Of a stretch of 64,000 nt of DNA, positions 1-13,630 are shown piece after piece. The first letter of the stretch is position 1. Each line of letters starts with the position of its first letter. Made by a program: the position numbers and the translations under genes. Origin of the DNA: Chrysomallon squamiferum (lineage: Eukaryota; Animalia; Mollusca); the NCBI GenBank assembly GCA_012295275.1, contig CM022677.1, forward strand, positions 26,350,001 through 26,414,000, read 5' to 3'. Below the pieces are notes generated by a model, which was not told the DNA's origin, ran no database searches, and saw only the letters and a list, made by a program, of their open reading frames with translations.

Positions 1-15
1 ATGAGTGAGTTTGTG

Positions 16-57
<42 letters not shown>

Positions 58-158
58 AGGAGGGAAAAAGGCATGGATGGTGAGAGTGAGAGAGAAAGTT
101 GAAGGCAGATGCAGATAGATTTATCTGTTTATTTGTTGTATTTATTTTGTATTTCCAG

Positions 159-240
159 ATTTGAAACGTTTGAATTGAACAGTTTTGAGCAGTTCTGTAT
201 AAATTATGCCAACGAAAAACTGCAACAGATTTTTAACTTG
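159..240 (+). CDS. MYO5: Myosin V exon, motor: (G)[27 protein letters not shown]
   Basis: ttccag|a...ttg|gtac; switch II/relay motif; not in the ORF track. Confidence 0.95.
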
Positions 241-505
241 GTACACATTTTAATTTAATTTAATTTTTAGTTTTGTTTTAAATTTATTTTAAATACAGTT
301 TAAATTCAGGATGTTTAGAATACATAATAAAGCTAATAAAGTATTTCAGTTTTGTATTTAACAAGACAATTAATGTGTCAGTTTTTATTTATTAGAGATA
401 AACACACACACATAAACATTTTTTTTTTTTATTCCATCTATATATATATATATATGGATGATATAAAAGAATGTATAAATTTGTGTATTTGTGTGTTTAT
501 CTCTA

Positions 506-538
<33 letters not shown>

Positions 539-908
539 CATGTATATGTGGTTATAAGAAAAATGGTTTCATAGCAATATTAAGACATTATCTGCCTTTT
601 CGCTATTCATTACTGAACTTTTGAAACTCAAAATTAACAAAAATGACTAGGATGTATTTAGAATATTTTACTGTATATCATTTACTTGTGTTTTCCACTG
701 AAACATTTACATCCCAAAGCAACAAAACAGTGAAAGCAGAAATTATTCATTCATTTCCTTTTTTTTTTTTTTTTTTCTCTTTTTTCTTATATATATAGTC
801 AGTTTGCTTTCATAATTCTGTTTCTTTCTTCCTTGTTAATGGTTTAGACAGCATTAACCTGTTGTTTACTAGACAAGTGATTGCAGTGATGTTTTCAATG
901 TGTTGCAG

Positions 909-1049
909 CACGTGTTCAAACTGGAGCAGGAGGAGTACGTCAAGGAGGAGATTGAATGGTCTTTTATTGATTTCTACGACAATCAGCCGTGCATAGACTT
1001 GATAGAAAATAAACTAGGCATTCTCGACCTGCTCGATGAAGAATGTAAG
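909..1049 (+). CDS. MYO5: Myosin V exon, motor: [10 protein letters not shown]...[11 protein letters not shown]
   Basis: ttgcag|cac...aag|gtaaaa; conserved myosin motif. Confidence 0.96.
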
Positions 1050-1847
1050 GTAAAATGTCATTGGTCGGTTCTTATACAAGAAGATGTTTGATTGGTGTGT
1101 TTTTTTTTTCTCATTGTAAAACAATCAGACTTGTATGGATTTGGTTGAAAAGAAATGTGCAAATTCCTGGCCTGCTTGATAAAGAATGTAAGGTTAAATT
1201 TCATTGGTTGGTTCTTATACAAGAAGGTGTGTGATTGGTTTATTGTCAGCATAGTATAGTTAACAAACTGAATTTTTGATCTGATTGATGAAGAAGCTAA
1301 TGTTATATTTCATTTGTTCCTTCTAGTACTAAAAGATACTGAATTTGAATCTGACATATGTCAGCAACTATTCAGTTGGTTTATTATAATAACCTCATAA
1401 TAGAAAACTCGGAATATTGGTCTGTTGGATGTAGAATGAATGTAAGGTGAAATCTGATTGGTTGCTTCTGGTTTGATTGGCTTGTTCCAATGGAAATAAA
1501 AACAAACAGAATTCTTGACCAAATGAATCATGTAAAGTAAATTTCCATTGGTCGATTCTAGGGATATTAGGAATTTAATTGGGTGTATTCAAGATATAAG
1601 CAGACATGTAATTGGATAATTCTTTTACTGTTTGATAAAGAATATAAAGTAAAATTCCCATGCTCAGTTTCAGATATAAAAAGACCATTTCGTTGATGTA
1701 CATCAATTTTAACGTTTCACTGGCAGTTCATCAAAACAGGATTTTTGATAATTGTTTTGTGTATTTTTTTTGTTTTTGAATAAAAATGAATACAATAACA
1801 AAACCCCGAGTTGATGGTAATGGTGGTGGCATCATCTTCATCACCAC

Positions 1848-1881
<34 letters not shown>

Positions 1882-1901
1882 TAATGATGAACTGATTTCA
1901 G

Positions 1902-2111
1902 ATGCCGAAGGGTTCAGATAAGAACTGGTGTCAGAAGCTGTACGACAAGCACCTGAAGAAGTCGAACCACTTTGACAAGCCTCGCATGTCTAACATGGCC
2001 TTCATCATCAACCACTTCGCTGACAGGGTCACCTACGTGGCTGACGGCTTTCTGGAGAAGAACAGAGACACGGTGCTTGAAGAACAGATCAATATTCTGA
2101 AAGCTAGTCAG
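1902..2111 (+). CDS. MYO5: Myosin V exon, motor: MPKGSDKNW...[21 protein letters not shown]
   Basis: tttcag|atg...cag|gtgaat; 210 nt, phase 0/0. Confidence 0.96.
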
Positions 2112-2343
2112 GTGAATATCATAGCCAAATCTTTAAACTCAGTGAGGTTAATAAACTCTCTCTCTCTCTCTCTCCCCCCCCCTCTCTCTCCCCCCTCTCT
2201 CCCCCCTCTCTCACTTTCGTTCCCCTTTGCACAAATACATATGCATACACATAAAGAAACATATATGTAATATATATATATACACATATCAATAATTATA
2301 CAGAAATAAAAATGTTAAAGATTTTCTATATAGATGTACACAG

Positions 2344-2378
<35 letters not shown>

Positions 2379-2458
2379 TACATATGTAAACAGATGATGT
2401 TGTTGTGTTTCAGTTTGAGTTTGTTGCTGATCTCTTCCCTGACACATCAGCAAAGCCT

Positions 2459-2509
<51 letters not shown>

Positions 2510-2547
2510 GTACATGTTTAAACAGATATGATGTTGTTGTGTTTCAG

Positions 2548-2679
2548 TTTGAGTTTGTTGCTGATCTCTTCCCTGACACAACAGCGAAGCAGTCGCGTGC
2601 TGGCTCGGCCACAATTCAGCCGCTCAAAGCTCAACCCAAACAGGGCAGTAAACAGCACAAGAAAACTGTCGGCTCACAG
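2548..2679 (+). CDS. MYO5: Myosin V exon, motor loop 2: FEFVADLFP...HKKTVGSQ
   Basis: tttcag|ttt...cag|gtaaag; 132 nt. Confidence 0.94.
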
Positions 2680-3189
2680 GTAAAGTGTATGTTTGTGCGT
2701 TTGTGTGTGAGTCTGTGTGTGTGTGTGTGTGTGCGTTTGTGTGTGTGTGTGTGTGTGTCTGTGTCTGAGTCTGTGTGTGTGTGTATGTTTGTGTGTGTCT
2801 GTGTGTGTGTGTGCGCGTTTGTGTGTGTATGTGTGTCTTTGTGTCTCTGTGTGTGTATGTGTGTTTGTGTTTACAATGTTGTGACTGCATGTGCAAAGAT
2901 GTTAAGGTGTTTGTGTTAGTGCATGCATGTGTTGTGTCTGTACGCAGATATGGGGTTTATTTGTTATGATGTATGTTGTATTTGTTTGATAATTAATTGT
3001 CTTGAATGTAACAGTTTATCACATAACACAGGTAAAATATCTTATTGAGGGCAATAAATACTTGAAATTGGAACAAAAACAACATTGATTTCTTCTCCTT
3101 TCGGTATAAATACTATTGTTTTAAAAAGCTCACTTCATTATAAGTAGAACATTATATGAAGAATTCATGATTTATCTTGATAAATAAAC

Positions 3190-3750
3190 CTGCATTATAT
3201 TTAAACCTGTGATATATTTAAACCTGTGATATATTTAAACCATGTTATATTTAAACCTGTGATATATTTATACCTGTGTTGTATTTAAACCTGCTACATT
3301 TAAACCTGTGTTACATTTAAATTGTGTATATTTAAACCTGTGTTGTATTTAAACCCATGTTGTATTTTAACTGTGTTGTATTTAAACCTGTGTTATATTT
3401 AAACCTGTGTTATATTTAAATCTGTGTTATATTTAAACCTGTTATATTTAAACCTTTGTTGTATTTAAACCTGTGTTATATTTTAACTGTGTTATATTTT
3501 AACTGTGTTGTATTTAAACCTGTGTTATATCTAAATCTGTGTTGTATTTAAATCTGTGTTATATTTAAACCTGTGTTATATTTAAACCTGTGATATATTT
3601 AAACCTGTGTTGTATTTAAAACTGTGTTATATTTTAACTGTGTTGTAATTAAACCTGTGTTCTATTTAAACCTGTGTTATATTTAAACCTATGTTATATT
3701 TAAACCTGTGTTGTATTTAAACCTGTGTTGTATTTAAACCTGTGTTATAT
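3190..3750. repeat. 17-bp minisatellite (TATTTAAACCTGTGTTR) abutting the acceptor at 3758
   Basis: About 30 direct copies visible. Confidence 0.9.
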
Positions 3751-3758
3751 TGTTTCAG

Positions 3759-3856
3759 TTCAGAGATTCGCTGATGAAGCTGATGCAGACGCTGAATGCT
3801 ACGACACCTCACTACATCAGATGTATCAAACCAAACGACGGCAAGGAGGCCTTCAC
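3759..3856 (+). CDS. MYO5: Myosin V exon, motor: [32 protein letters not shown](T)
   Basis: tttcag|ttc...ac|gtatgt. Confidence 0.96.
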
Positions 3857-4114
3857 GTATGTGTACAAGTCTAATGTCATGTTTACATTCTGTTCATTTT
3901 GTTTACCTGTCTGTCTGTCTGTCTGTCTGTCTAATCTATCTGTATATCAGCATATGTTTCTATCAGGCCATCTCTGTCTGTCAGTGTAGCCTTCTGTTTG
4001 TCTAGTTATGTACAAAACTATCTATAAAGCTATCTATCTATCTATGTATAAAATATATACACACACAGGTGGACAAATAGAAACTAAATATATATGTGTA
4101 TGTGTGTGTGTATA

Positions 4115-4166
<52 letters not shown>

Positions 4167-4517
4167 TATGTACATACTTTTCTGTTTCTCCATCTGTCTC
4201 TGTGTTAACCTACATACCTACATGTCTATGTATCTATCTATCTATCTATCTCTCTATCTATCTATCTATCAATATGTCTGTCTGACTGTCTGTTTGACCT
4301 GACAGGTGTATAATTACAAATGTGTTGCCATGTTGATGTTGTTGATATTAAAACTATTGAAAGGTTTATTATTTTAGCATTATAAAATAAAAATGCTATA
4401 GTTACGTTCATGACACTGATAGGTCTGTAGTGTTATATTAATGGTAATGAGAGTTCAGACAGGTTTTAAAGAGAATGTTTAGTTTGTTAAAACAATGCTG
4501 GTGATGTTGTTTTGCAG

Positions 4518-4604
4518 GTTTGAGGCGAAGAGAGCAGTAGAACAGCTGAGAGCCTGTGGAGTTTTAGAAACCATCAGAATCAGTGCTGCTGGCTACCCAT
4601 CCAG
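4518..4604 (+). CDS. MYO5: Myosin V exon, motor SH helix: [28 protein letters not shown](R)
   Basis: ttgcag|g...ccag|gtacag; phase 2/2. Confidence 0.96.
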
Positions 4605-7600
4605 GTACAGTCTACTGTTTTACTTTTCTAATAACACAAATAGTTTATCAGACTGCAGAGACCAGGTACAGTCTACTGTTTTACTTTTCTAATAGTTTAT
4701 TTGTAATTATCAGACTGCAGAGTCCAGGTACAGTCTACTGTTTTACTTTTCTAATAGTTTATCAGACTGCAGAGTCCAGGTACAGTCTACTGTTTTACTT
4801 TTCTTATAACACAAATAGTTTATCAGACTGCAGAGTCCAGGTACAGTCTACTGTTTTACTTTTCTAATAACACAAATAGTTTATCAGACTGCAGAGTCCA
4901 GGTACAGTCTACTGTTTTACTTTTCTAATAACACAAATAGTTTATCAGACTGCAGAGTCCAGGTACAGTCTACTGTTTTACTTTCTAATAACAGACTGCA
5001 AATACAGTCTACTGTTTTATCTAATAGACTGCAGACTGCAGAGTCCAGGTACAGTCTACTGTTTTACTTTTCTAATAGTTTATTTGTAATTATCAGACTG
5101 CAGAGTCCAGGTACAGTCTACTGTTTTACTTTTCTAATAGTTTATTTGTAATTATCAGACTGCAGAGTCCAGGTACAGTCTACTGTTTTTTACTTTTCTA
5201 ATAGTTTATTTGTAATTATCAGACTGCAGAGTCCAGGTACAGTCTACTGTTTTACTTTTCTAATAGTTTATTTGTAATTATCAGACTGCAGAGTCCAGGT
5301 ACAGTCTACTGTTTTACTTTTCTAATAGTTTATTTGTAATTATCAGACTGCAGAGTACATTCTTCAGTCTACTGTTTTACTGTTCTAATAGTTTATTTGT
5401 AATTATCAGACTGCAGAGTCCAGGTACAGTCTACTGTTTTACTTTTCTAATAGTTTATTTGTAATTATCAGACTGCAGAGTCCAGGTACAGTCTACTGTT
5501 TTACTTTTCTAATAACACAAATAGTTTATCAGACTGCAGAGTCCAGGTACAGTCTACTGTTTTACTTTTCTAATAACACAAATAGTTTATCAGACTGCAG
5601 AGTCCAGGTACAGTCTACTGTTTTACTTTTCTAATAGTTTATTTGTAATTATCAGACTGCAGAGTCCAGGTACAGACTGCAGAGTCCAGGTCTACTTTTT
5701 ACTTTAATAACACAAATAGTTTATCAGACTGCAGAGTCCAGGTACAGTCTACTGTTTTACTTTTCTAATAACACAAATAGTTTATCAGACTGCAGAGTCC
5801 AGGTACAGTCTACTGTTTTACTTTTCTAATAGTTTATTTGTAATTATCAGACTGCAGAGTCCAGGTACAGTCTACTTTTTTACTTCTAATAACACAAATA
5901 GTTTATCAGACTGCAGAGTACATTCTTCAGTCTACTGTTTTACTTTTCTAATAGTTTATTTGTAATTATCAGACTGCAGAGTCCAGGTACAGTCTACTGT
6001 TTTACTTTTCTAATAGTTTATTTGTAATTATCAGACTGCAGAGTCCAGGTACAGTCTACTTTTTTACTTCTAATAACACAAATAGTTTATCAGACTGCAG
6101 AGTACATTCTTCAGTCTACTGTTTTACTTTTCTAATAGTTTATTTGTAATTATCAGACTGCAGAGTCCAGGTACAGTCTACTGTTTTACTTTTCTAATAG
6201 TTTATTTGTAATTATCAGACTGCAGAGTCCAGGTACAGTCTACTGTTTTACTTCTCTAATAGTTTATTTACAAATAGTTTATCAGACTGCAGAGTCCAGG
6301 TACAGTCTACTGTTTTACTTTTCTAATAGTTTATTTGTAATTATCAGACTGCAGAGTCCAGGTACAGTCTACTGTTTTACTTTTCTAATAGTTTATTTGT
6401 AATTATCAGACTGCAGAGTCCAGGTACAGTCTACTGTTTTACTTTTCTAATAGTTTATTTGTAATTATCAGACTGCAGAGTCCAGGTACAGTCTACTGTT
6501 TTACTTTTCTAATAGTTTATTTGTAATTATCAGACTGCAGAGTCCAGGTACAGTCTACTGTTTTACTTTTCTAATAGTTTATTTGTAATTATCAGACTGC
6601 AGAGTCCAGGTACAGTCTACTGTTTTACTTTTCTAATAGTTTATTTGTAATTATCAGACTGCAGAGTCCAGGTACAGTCTACTTTTTTACTTCTAATAAG
6701 TCCTGCAGGTACAGTCTACTGTTTTACTTTTCTAATAGTTTATTTGTAATTATCAGACTGCAGAGTCCAGGTACAGTCTACTGTTTTACTTTTCTTATAG
6801 TTTATTTGTAATTATCAGACTGCAGAGTCCAGGTACAGTCTACTTTTTTACTTTTCTTATAGTTTATTTGTAATTATCAGACTGCAGAGTCCAGGTACAG
6901 TCTACTGTTTTACTTTTCTAATAGTTTATTTGTAATTATCAGACTGCAGAGTCCAGGTACAGTCTACTGTTTTACTTTTCTAATAGTTTATTTGTAATTA
7001 TCAGACTGCAGAGTCCAGGTACAGTCTACTGTTTTACTTCTAATAACACAAATAGTTTATCAGACTGCAGAGTCCAGGTACAGTCTACTGTTTTACTTTT
7101 CTAATAACACAAATAGTTTATCAGACTGCAGAGTCCATTCTTCAGTCTACTGTTTTACTTTTCTAATAGTTTATTTGTAATTATCAGACTGCAGAGTCCA
7201 TTCTTCAGTCTACTGTTTTACTTTTCTAATAGTTTATTTGTAATTATCAGACTGCAGAGTCCAGGTACAGTCTACTGTTTTACTTTTCTAATAGTTTATT
7301 TGTAATTATCAGACTGCAGAGTACAGGTACAGTCTACTGTTTTTTACTTTTCTTATAGTTTATTTGTAATTATCAGACTGCAGAGTCCAGGTACAGTCTA
7401 CTGTTTTACTTTTCTAATAGTTTATTTGTAATTATCAGACTGCAGAGTACAGGTACAGTCTACTGTTTTACTTTTCTTATAGTTTATTTGTAATTATCAG
7501 ACTGCAGAGTACAGGTACAGTCTACTGTTTTACTTTTCTAATAGTTTATTTGTAATTATCAGACTGCAGAGTACAGGTACAGTCTACTTTTTTACTTTTC

Positions 7601-8810
7601 TTATAGTTTATTTGTAATTATCAGACTGCAGAGTACAGGTACAGTCTACTGTTTTACTTTTCTAATAGTTTATTTGTAATTATCAGACTGCAGAGTACAT
7701 TCTTCAGTCTACTGTTTTACTGTTCTAATAGTTTATTTGTAATTATGAGACTGCAGAGTCCAGGTACAGTCTACTTTTTTACTTTTCTTATAGTTTATTT
7801 GTAATTATCAGACTGCAGAGTCCAGGTACAGTCTACTGTTTTACTTTTCTAATAACACAAATAGTTTATCAGACTGCAGAGTCCAGGTACAGTCTACTGT
7901 TTTACTTTTCTTATAGTTTATTTGTAATTATCAGACTGCAGAGTCCAGGTACAGTCTACTTTTTTACTTTTCTTATAGTTTATTTGTAATTATCAGACTG
8001 CAGAGTACAGGTACAGTCTACTGTTTTACTTTTCTAATAGTTTATTTGTAATTATCAGACTGCAGAGTACAGGTACAGTCTACTGTTTTACTTTTCTAAT
8101 AACACAAATAGTTTATCAGACTGCAGAGACCAGGTCAAGTCTACTGTTTTACTTCTCTAATAGTTTATTTGTAATTATCAGACTGCAGAGTACAGGTACA
8201 GTCTACTTTTTTACTTTTCTAATAACACAAATAGTTTATCAGACTGCAGAGACCAGGTCAAGTCTACTGTTTTACTTTTCTAATAACACAAATAGTTTAT
8301 CAGACTGCAGAGTCCAGGTACAGTCTACTGTTTTACTTTTCTAATAACACAAATAGTTTATCAGACTGCAGAGTCCAGGTACAGTCTACTGTTTTACTTT
8401 TCTAATAACACAAATAGTTTATCAGACTGCAGAGTCCAGGTACAGTCTACTGTTTTACTTTTCTAATAACACAAATAGTTTATCAGACTGCAGAGTACAG
8501 GTACAGTCTACTGTTTTACTTTTCTTATAACACAAATAATTTATTTGTAATTATCAGACTGCAGAGTACAGGTACAGTCTACTTTTTTACTGTTCTAATA
8601 GTTTATTTGTAATTATCAGACTGCAGAGTCCAGGTACAGTCTACTGTTTTACTTTTCTTATAGTTTATTTGTAATTATCAGACTGCAGAGTCCAGGTACA
8701 GTCTACTTTTTTACTTCTAATAACACAAATAGTTTATCAGACTGCAGAGTCCAGGTACAGTCTACTTTTTTACTTCTAATAACACAAATAGTTTATCAGA
8801 CTGCAGAGTA
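4601..8810 (+). repeat. 61/62-bp tandem array (about 65-70 units) beginning at and containing the exon's 5' splice site CCAG|GTACAG
   Basis: Unit CCAGGTACAGTCTACTGTTTTACTTTTCTAATAGTTTATTTGTAATTATCAGACTGCAGAGT, with a variant carrying AATAACACAAATAGTTT. Confidence 0.97.
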
Positions 8811-9070
8811 CATTCTTCACTGCGATTTCACTGAGTTAATTCTTGCCATCAAAATAAAAAACAAAACTGGACGATTAGATAATGACATTGTTGTTTTATG
8901 GGACCAGGTTTGTAAGTGTCAGTCTGGAGACAGCAGTGTGCACAGTTGTGAAAACTGGTTACTGGTGTCATAGAACACTCGGCTCATTTTAACAAATTTG
9001 TTATAGTTTAACATACAATCACGAACCTCACAAAGACAAACATTGTAAAAACTGCTGGTTTGTTTTGCAG

Positions 9071-9182
9071 GTGGACATACCCAGAATTCTTCAGAAGATA
9101 TCGTGTGCTTGCTAAATCTAAAGACATCAACAAGTCAAACATGAGAAAAACTTGCGAAAACATCATGCCACAATTAATTAAT
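9071..9182 (+). CDS. MYO5: Myosin V exon, converter: WTYPEFFRRYRVL...PQLIN
   Basis: ttgcag|g...aat|gtaatt. Confidence 0.95.
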
Positions 9183-9227
9183 GTAATTCTGTTTTATAAA
9201 CTCTCTGTCTCTCTCTCTCTCTGTCTG

Positions 9228-9310
<83 letters not shown>

Positions 9311-9981
9311 CTGTCTGTATTACTCACTCTTACAGGTAATCAGTTAATAAATTAATATAACATAATCTTTACCTTCACTCTCTCTCTCTTTTTCTCTGCC
9401 CCTCTCTTTTCTCTTCCATCATCTTTGTTTATAAATATACCATAGAATGAAACTGTATTATGTCTCTTTTTGTACAAACTTAATATTAGGGTGGTGTAGT
9501 TTTATGTATCTGTATCTGTATGACTGTCTGTCTCTCTGTACATATCTATCATCTGTTTGTATAATCTTTATAATCTATCTGTCTATCTTTCTATCAAACC
9601 ACCTTCCTTCCTACCTAACTACCTATCTGTCAGTGTCTACCTTTCTACCTACATAACCTGCCTCTCTCTTTCTATCCATCTACCTTTATACCTACCTATC
9701 TTCTTATCTGTCTATCTATCTATCTATCTATCTATCTGTCTATCTGTCTATCTATCAAACCACCTTCCTTCCTACCTAACTACCTATCTGTCAGTTTCTA
9801 CCTACATAACCTGTCTCTCTCTTTCTATCCATCTACCTTTATACCAACCTATCTTCCTATCTGTCTGTCTGTCTTTGTATCTGTCTATCTATCTGTCTGT
9901 CTATTTGTCTGTCTGTCTGTCTATCTATATATATATATATGAATACATCTGTATAATGAAGATTTCTGTGTGTGTGTTCAG

Positions 9982-10193
9982 GACCCAGACAAGTACAGGT
10001 TTGGGAAGACAAAGATATTTTTCCGGGCGGGGCAGGTGGCCTACCTGGAGAAGCTGCGCAGTGAGAAGCTGCAGGCGTGCGGGGTCATGATCCAGAAACA
10101 CATCCGCGGCTGGCTCTCGCGCCGCAACTACAACAAGATCAGAACAATGGCGCTGCTCGTACAGCGATACGGCAGAGGCCTCATAGCCAGAAG
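9982..10193 (+). CDS. MYO5: Myosin V exon, converter + IQ1-2: [18 protein letters not shown]...IQKHIRGW...VQRYGRG
   Basis: gttcag|gac...ag|gtagag. Confidence 0.96.
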
Positions 10194-10275
10194 GTAGAGT
10201 CTCGTCTTGTCTTGTTTGAGTATTATAAATATGCACAGACACACACACACTCATAAAAAGCTATTTATTAGTGTG

Positions 10276-10372
<97 letters not shown>

Positions 10373-10833
10373 AACCTGCTCATGCATACATACATAGATG
10401 TACTGATAATAAACACTTACATATGCACATGCACACAGAATCATACATACACAGAGAGATACATGTACATGCACAGACAAAAGAAAGAGTAAAACATAAA
10501 TTAAATGCAAAATATAAATCATAAATCTAATTTTTGTTAATTTAGTGTTCTGCAGTATGTTTTCTCTATCATTACTTTATCTTATAAAAATATTAGTAAT
10601 ATTTCTGTCTTTATTCAATACCACTTTCTGTCCTTCCATCTTGACAAAAATACTTGAATGTTTTTCAGTTCTGATAGTTTATTTTCAATAATACATCTTT
10701 ATCTTCCAAAATGAGCTGATCTTAATAATATTTCTTCAGCTGGTTACTTTTTATTTTTGAAACTGTTTTTGTTTTTCCCAGACATGCACTGTTTTTGTTT
10801 TTTCCAGACATGCACTGTTTTTGTTTTTTCCAG

Positions 10834-10948
10834 ACATGCTCTGTTTTTGCGACAGACGAAGGCTGCCACGATGATACAGGCGCAGTGGCGCGGATACAAG
10901 AAGAGACAAATGTTCATCAAGCTGCGCTCCTCCATCTGTGTTCTTCAG
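10834..10948 (+). CDS. MYO5: Myosin V exon, IQ3: [38 protein letters not shown]
   Basis: Only the third of three tandem acceptors keeps the frame; donor cag|gtgagt. Confidence 0.93.
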
Positions 10949-10967
10949 GTGAGTGTGATTAACATAT

Positions 10968-11048
<81 letters not shown>

Positions 11049-11290
11049 CAGATAGATAGATAGACAGATAGAGAGATAGATAGAGAGATAGGTAGAGAGA
11101 TAGATAGACAGATAGAGAGATAGATAGACAGATAGAGAGATAGAGAGATAGAGAGATAGACAGATAGACAGATAGATAGACAGATAGATAGATAGATGGA
11201 GAGAGAGAGAGAGAGACAGAGAGAGATAGATAGAGAGATAGGTAGATAGATAGATAGATAGACAGATGAGATAGATAGATAGATAGATAG

Positions 11291-11369
<79 letters not shown>

Positions 11370-11765
11370 TAGGTTTGTAGGTTAACATAGAGACAGATGG
11401 AGAAACAGAAAAGAGTTAATCAAATTTACCTTCTGCAGATAGTTAACATGTTAATCTGCAGACAGTTATGACAAATAATCTTCTGCATGCACATCCTGTT
11501 GAACATCCTGTACAGGTTAAGTTAATTCTCTTTAGTTAAGTCAGATCAGTCTGTTTCATTTATGTAGCAATTAATTTTTCTGCAGTTAGTGGAATAAACG
11601 TAAAAACTTCTGTTAAGTGAAATTAACTTCATTCAGTTGAGTCAGTTTAACATTCAGCAGTTAACTCAAATTGACCTCTTGCAGGTAGATTAAATTAACT
11701 TTAAGCAGTTAACCATCAAAGAAGTGAAATTAACTTTCTTAGCCTGTATTCTGTTTTTATTCATC

Positions 11766-11843
<78 letters not shown>

Positions 11844-12047
11844 TCTGGCTATTCATCTGTATATACTTGGATTTTATATTCTTTTTCTCTCCAATTCTGC
11901 ATCTTTATACCTGTCTAGCTGTCTGTCTGTACAATATTGTGTAAGTGAGAAGAACATTAAACGAATATTTAGATATCTTAAAATTAAAAACAGAAGATTA
12001 TAATATTCTAATTATAAAAATAAAATTTAAAATGACTGTAATTTCAG

Positions 12048-12239
12048 GCACACATCAGGGGGATGTTTGCGCGAAGCCGGTACATCGGCCTCATGCAACA
12101 GCGCAACGCCGTTGTCATACAGAAGCAGGTGCGAGCGTTCCTGGCGAGGAAGTCGTTCAAGAAGGTGATGAGGGGGATCATCCTCTTACAGAGTCACGTG
12201 AGGCGCAGGAAGGCGAGGAAGGAACTGAAGCTGCTCAAA
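12048..12239 (+). CDS. MYO5: Myosin V exon, IQ4-6: AHIRGMFARSRY...IQKQVRAF...LQSHVRRRKARKELKLLK
   Basis: tttcag|gca...aaa|gtaagt; 192 nt. Confidence 0.96.
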
Positions 12240-12561
12240 GTAAGTAACTCACCCTGGGGAAACAGAATGTGGGCTGGTCGGGTGTGTCAGCCTCTGGGCT
12301 GGGTCTGGGATGCCTTGTTGTTACGGATCAGCAAGTCAGATCTCTAGGATGGTGTTGTGGCTGCAATGGGTGTGTCAAATCCCAGGGTGGGGCTGTGATT
12401 ATTGTTGATTTTCTTGGTTGATTGAGGTGGGTAAGCCCTAGTGCGTGTTATTAGCATTTTATTCTGGTAGCTGGATTGTAACTGATATTATCTAGTAAAA
12501 TCACAGTAATAATATATATATATGTGTGTGTGTGTATATATATGATTATTCTTTTATCATA

Positions 12562-13508
12562 ATGTAAGGAAATAATTAATATTTTTAAAGAACTAATTAA
12601 TACTGATGTAAGGAAATAATTAATATTTATAAAGAACTAATTAATACTGATGTAAGGAAATAATTAATATTTATAAAGAAATAATTAATACTGATGTAAG
12701 GAAGTAATTAATATTTATAAGGAAATAATTAATATTTTTAAAGAACTAATTAATACTGATGTAAGGAAATAAGTAATATTCATGTAAGGAAATAGCTAAT
12801 ATTGATGTAATGAAATAATTAATATTTTTCTAAGGAAATAATACTGATGTAAGGAAATAATTAATATTTATGTATGGAAATAATTAATATTTATGTAAAG
12901 AAATAAGTAATATTTATGTAATGAAATAAGTAATGTTGATGTAATGAAATAAGTAATGTTGATGTAATGAAATAAGTAATACTGATGTAATGCAATAAGT
13001 AATACTGATGTAATGAAATAAGTAATATTGGTGTAATGAAATAAGTAATATTGATGTAATGAAATAAGTAATATTGGTGTAATGAAATAAGTAATACTGA
13101 TGTAAGGAAATAATTAATATTGATGTAAGGAAATAAGTAATATTGATGTAATGAAATAAGTAATATTGATGTAATGAAATAAGTAATACTGATGTAATGA
13201 AATAAGTAATATTGATGTAATGAAATAAGTAATACTGATGTAATGAAATAAGTAATACTGATGTAATGAAATAAGTAATATTGATGTAATGAAATAAGTA
13301 ATACTGATGTAATGAAATAATTAATACTGATGTAATGAAATAAGTAATACTGATGTAATGAAATAGTTAATACTGATGTAAGTAAATAAGTAATACTGAT
13401 GTAATGAAATAATTAATACTGATGTAATGAAATAAGTAATATTGATGTAATGAAATAAGTAATATTTATGTAATGAACTAAGTAATACTGATGTAATGAA
13501 ATAATTAA
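12562..13508. repeat. ~23-bp AT-rich minisatellite (AATACTGATGTAATGAAATAAGT) ending ~30 nt before the next acceptor
   Basis: About 40 direct copies. Confidence 0.9.
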
Positions 13509-13540
13509 GAAAATAGCTAATTTACGGAATTTGTTTCCAG

Positions 13541-13630
13541 GTGGAGGCTAAGTCTGTGGAGCACATCAAAAATGTCAACAAAGGTTTGGAAAACAAGATC
13601 ATCGAGCTGCAGCAGAAACTGGATGAGAAA
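13541..13630 (+). CDS. MYO5: Myosin V exon, start of coiled coil: VEAKSVEHIKNVNKGLENKIIELQQKLDEK
   Basis: ttccag|gtg...aaa|gtaaat; myosin-V GLENKI motif. Confidence 0.95.

Noticed and set aside
4601-8810. CRISPR-like regular array
   Set aside because: No unique spacers, eukaryotic intron, no cas genes; a plain tandem repeat. The same applies to 54944-57522.
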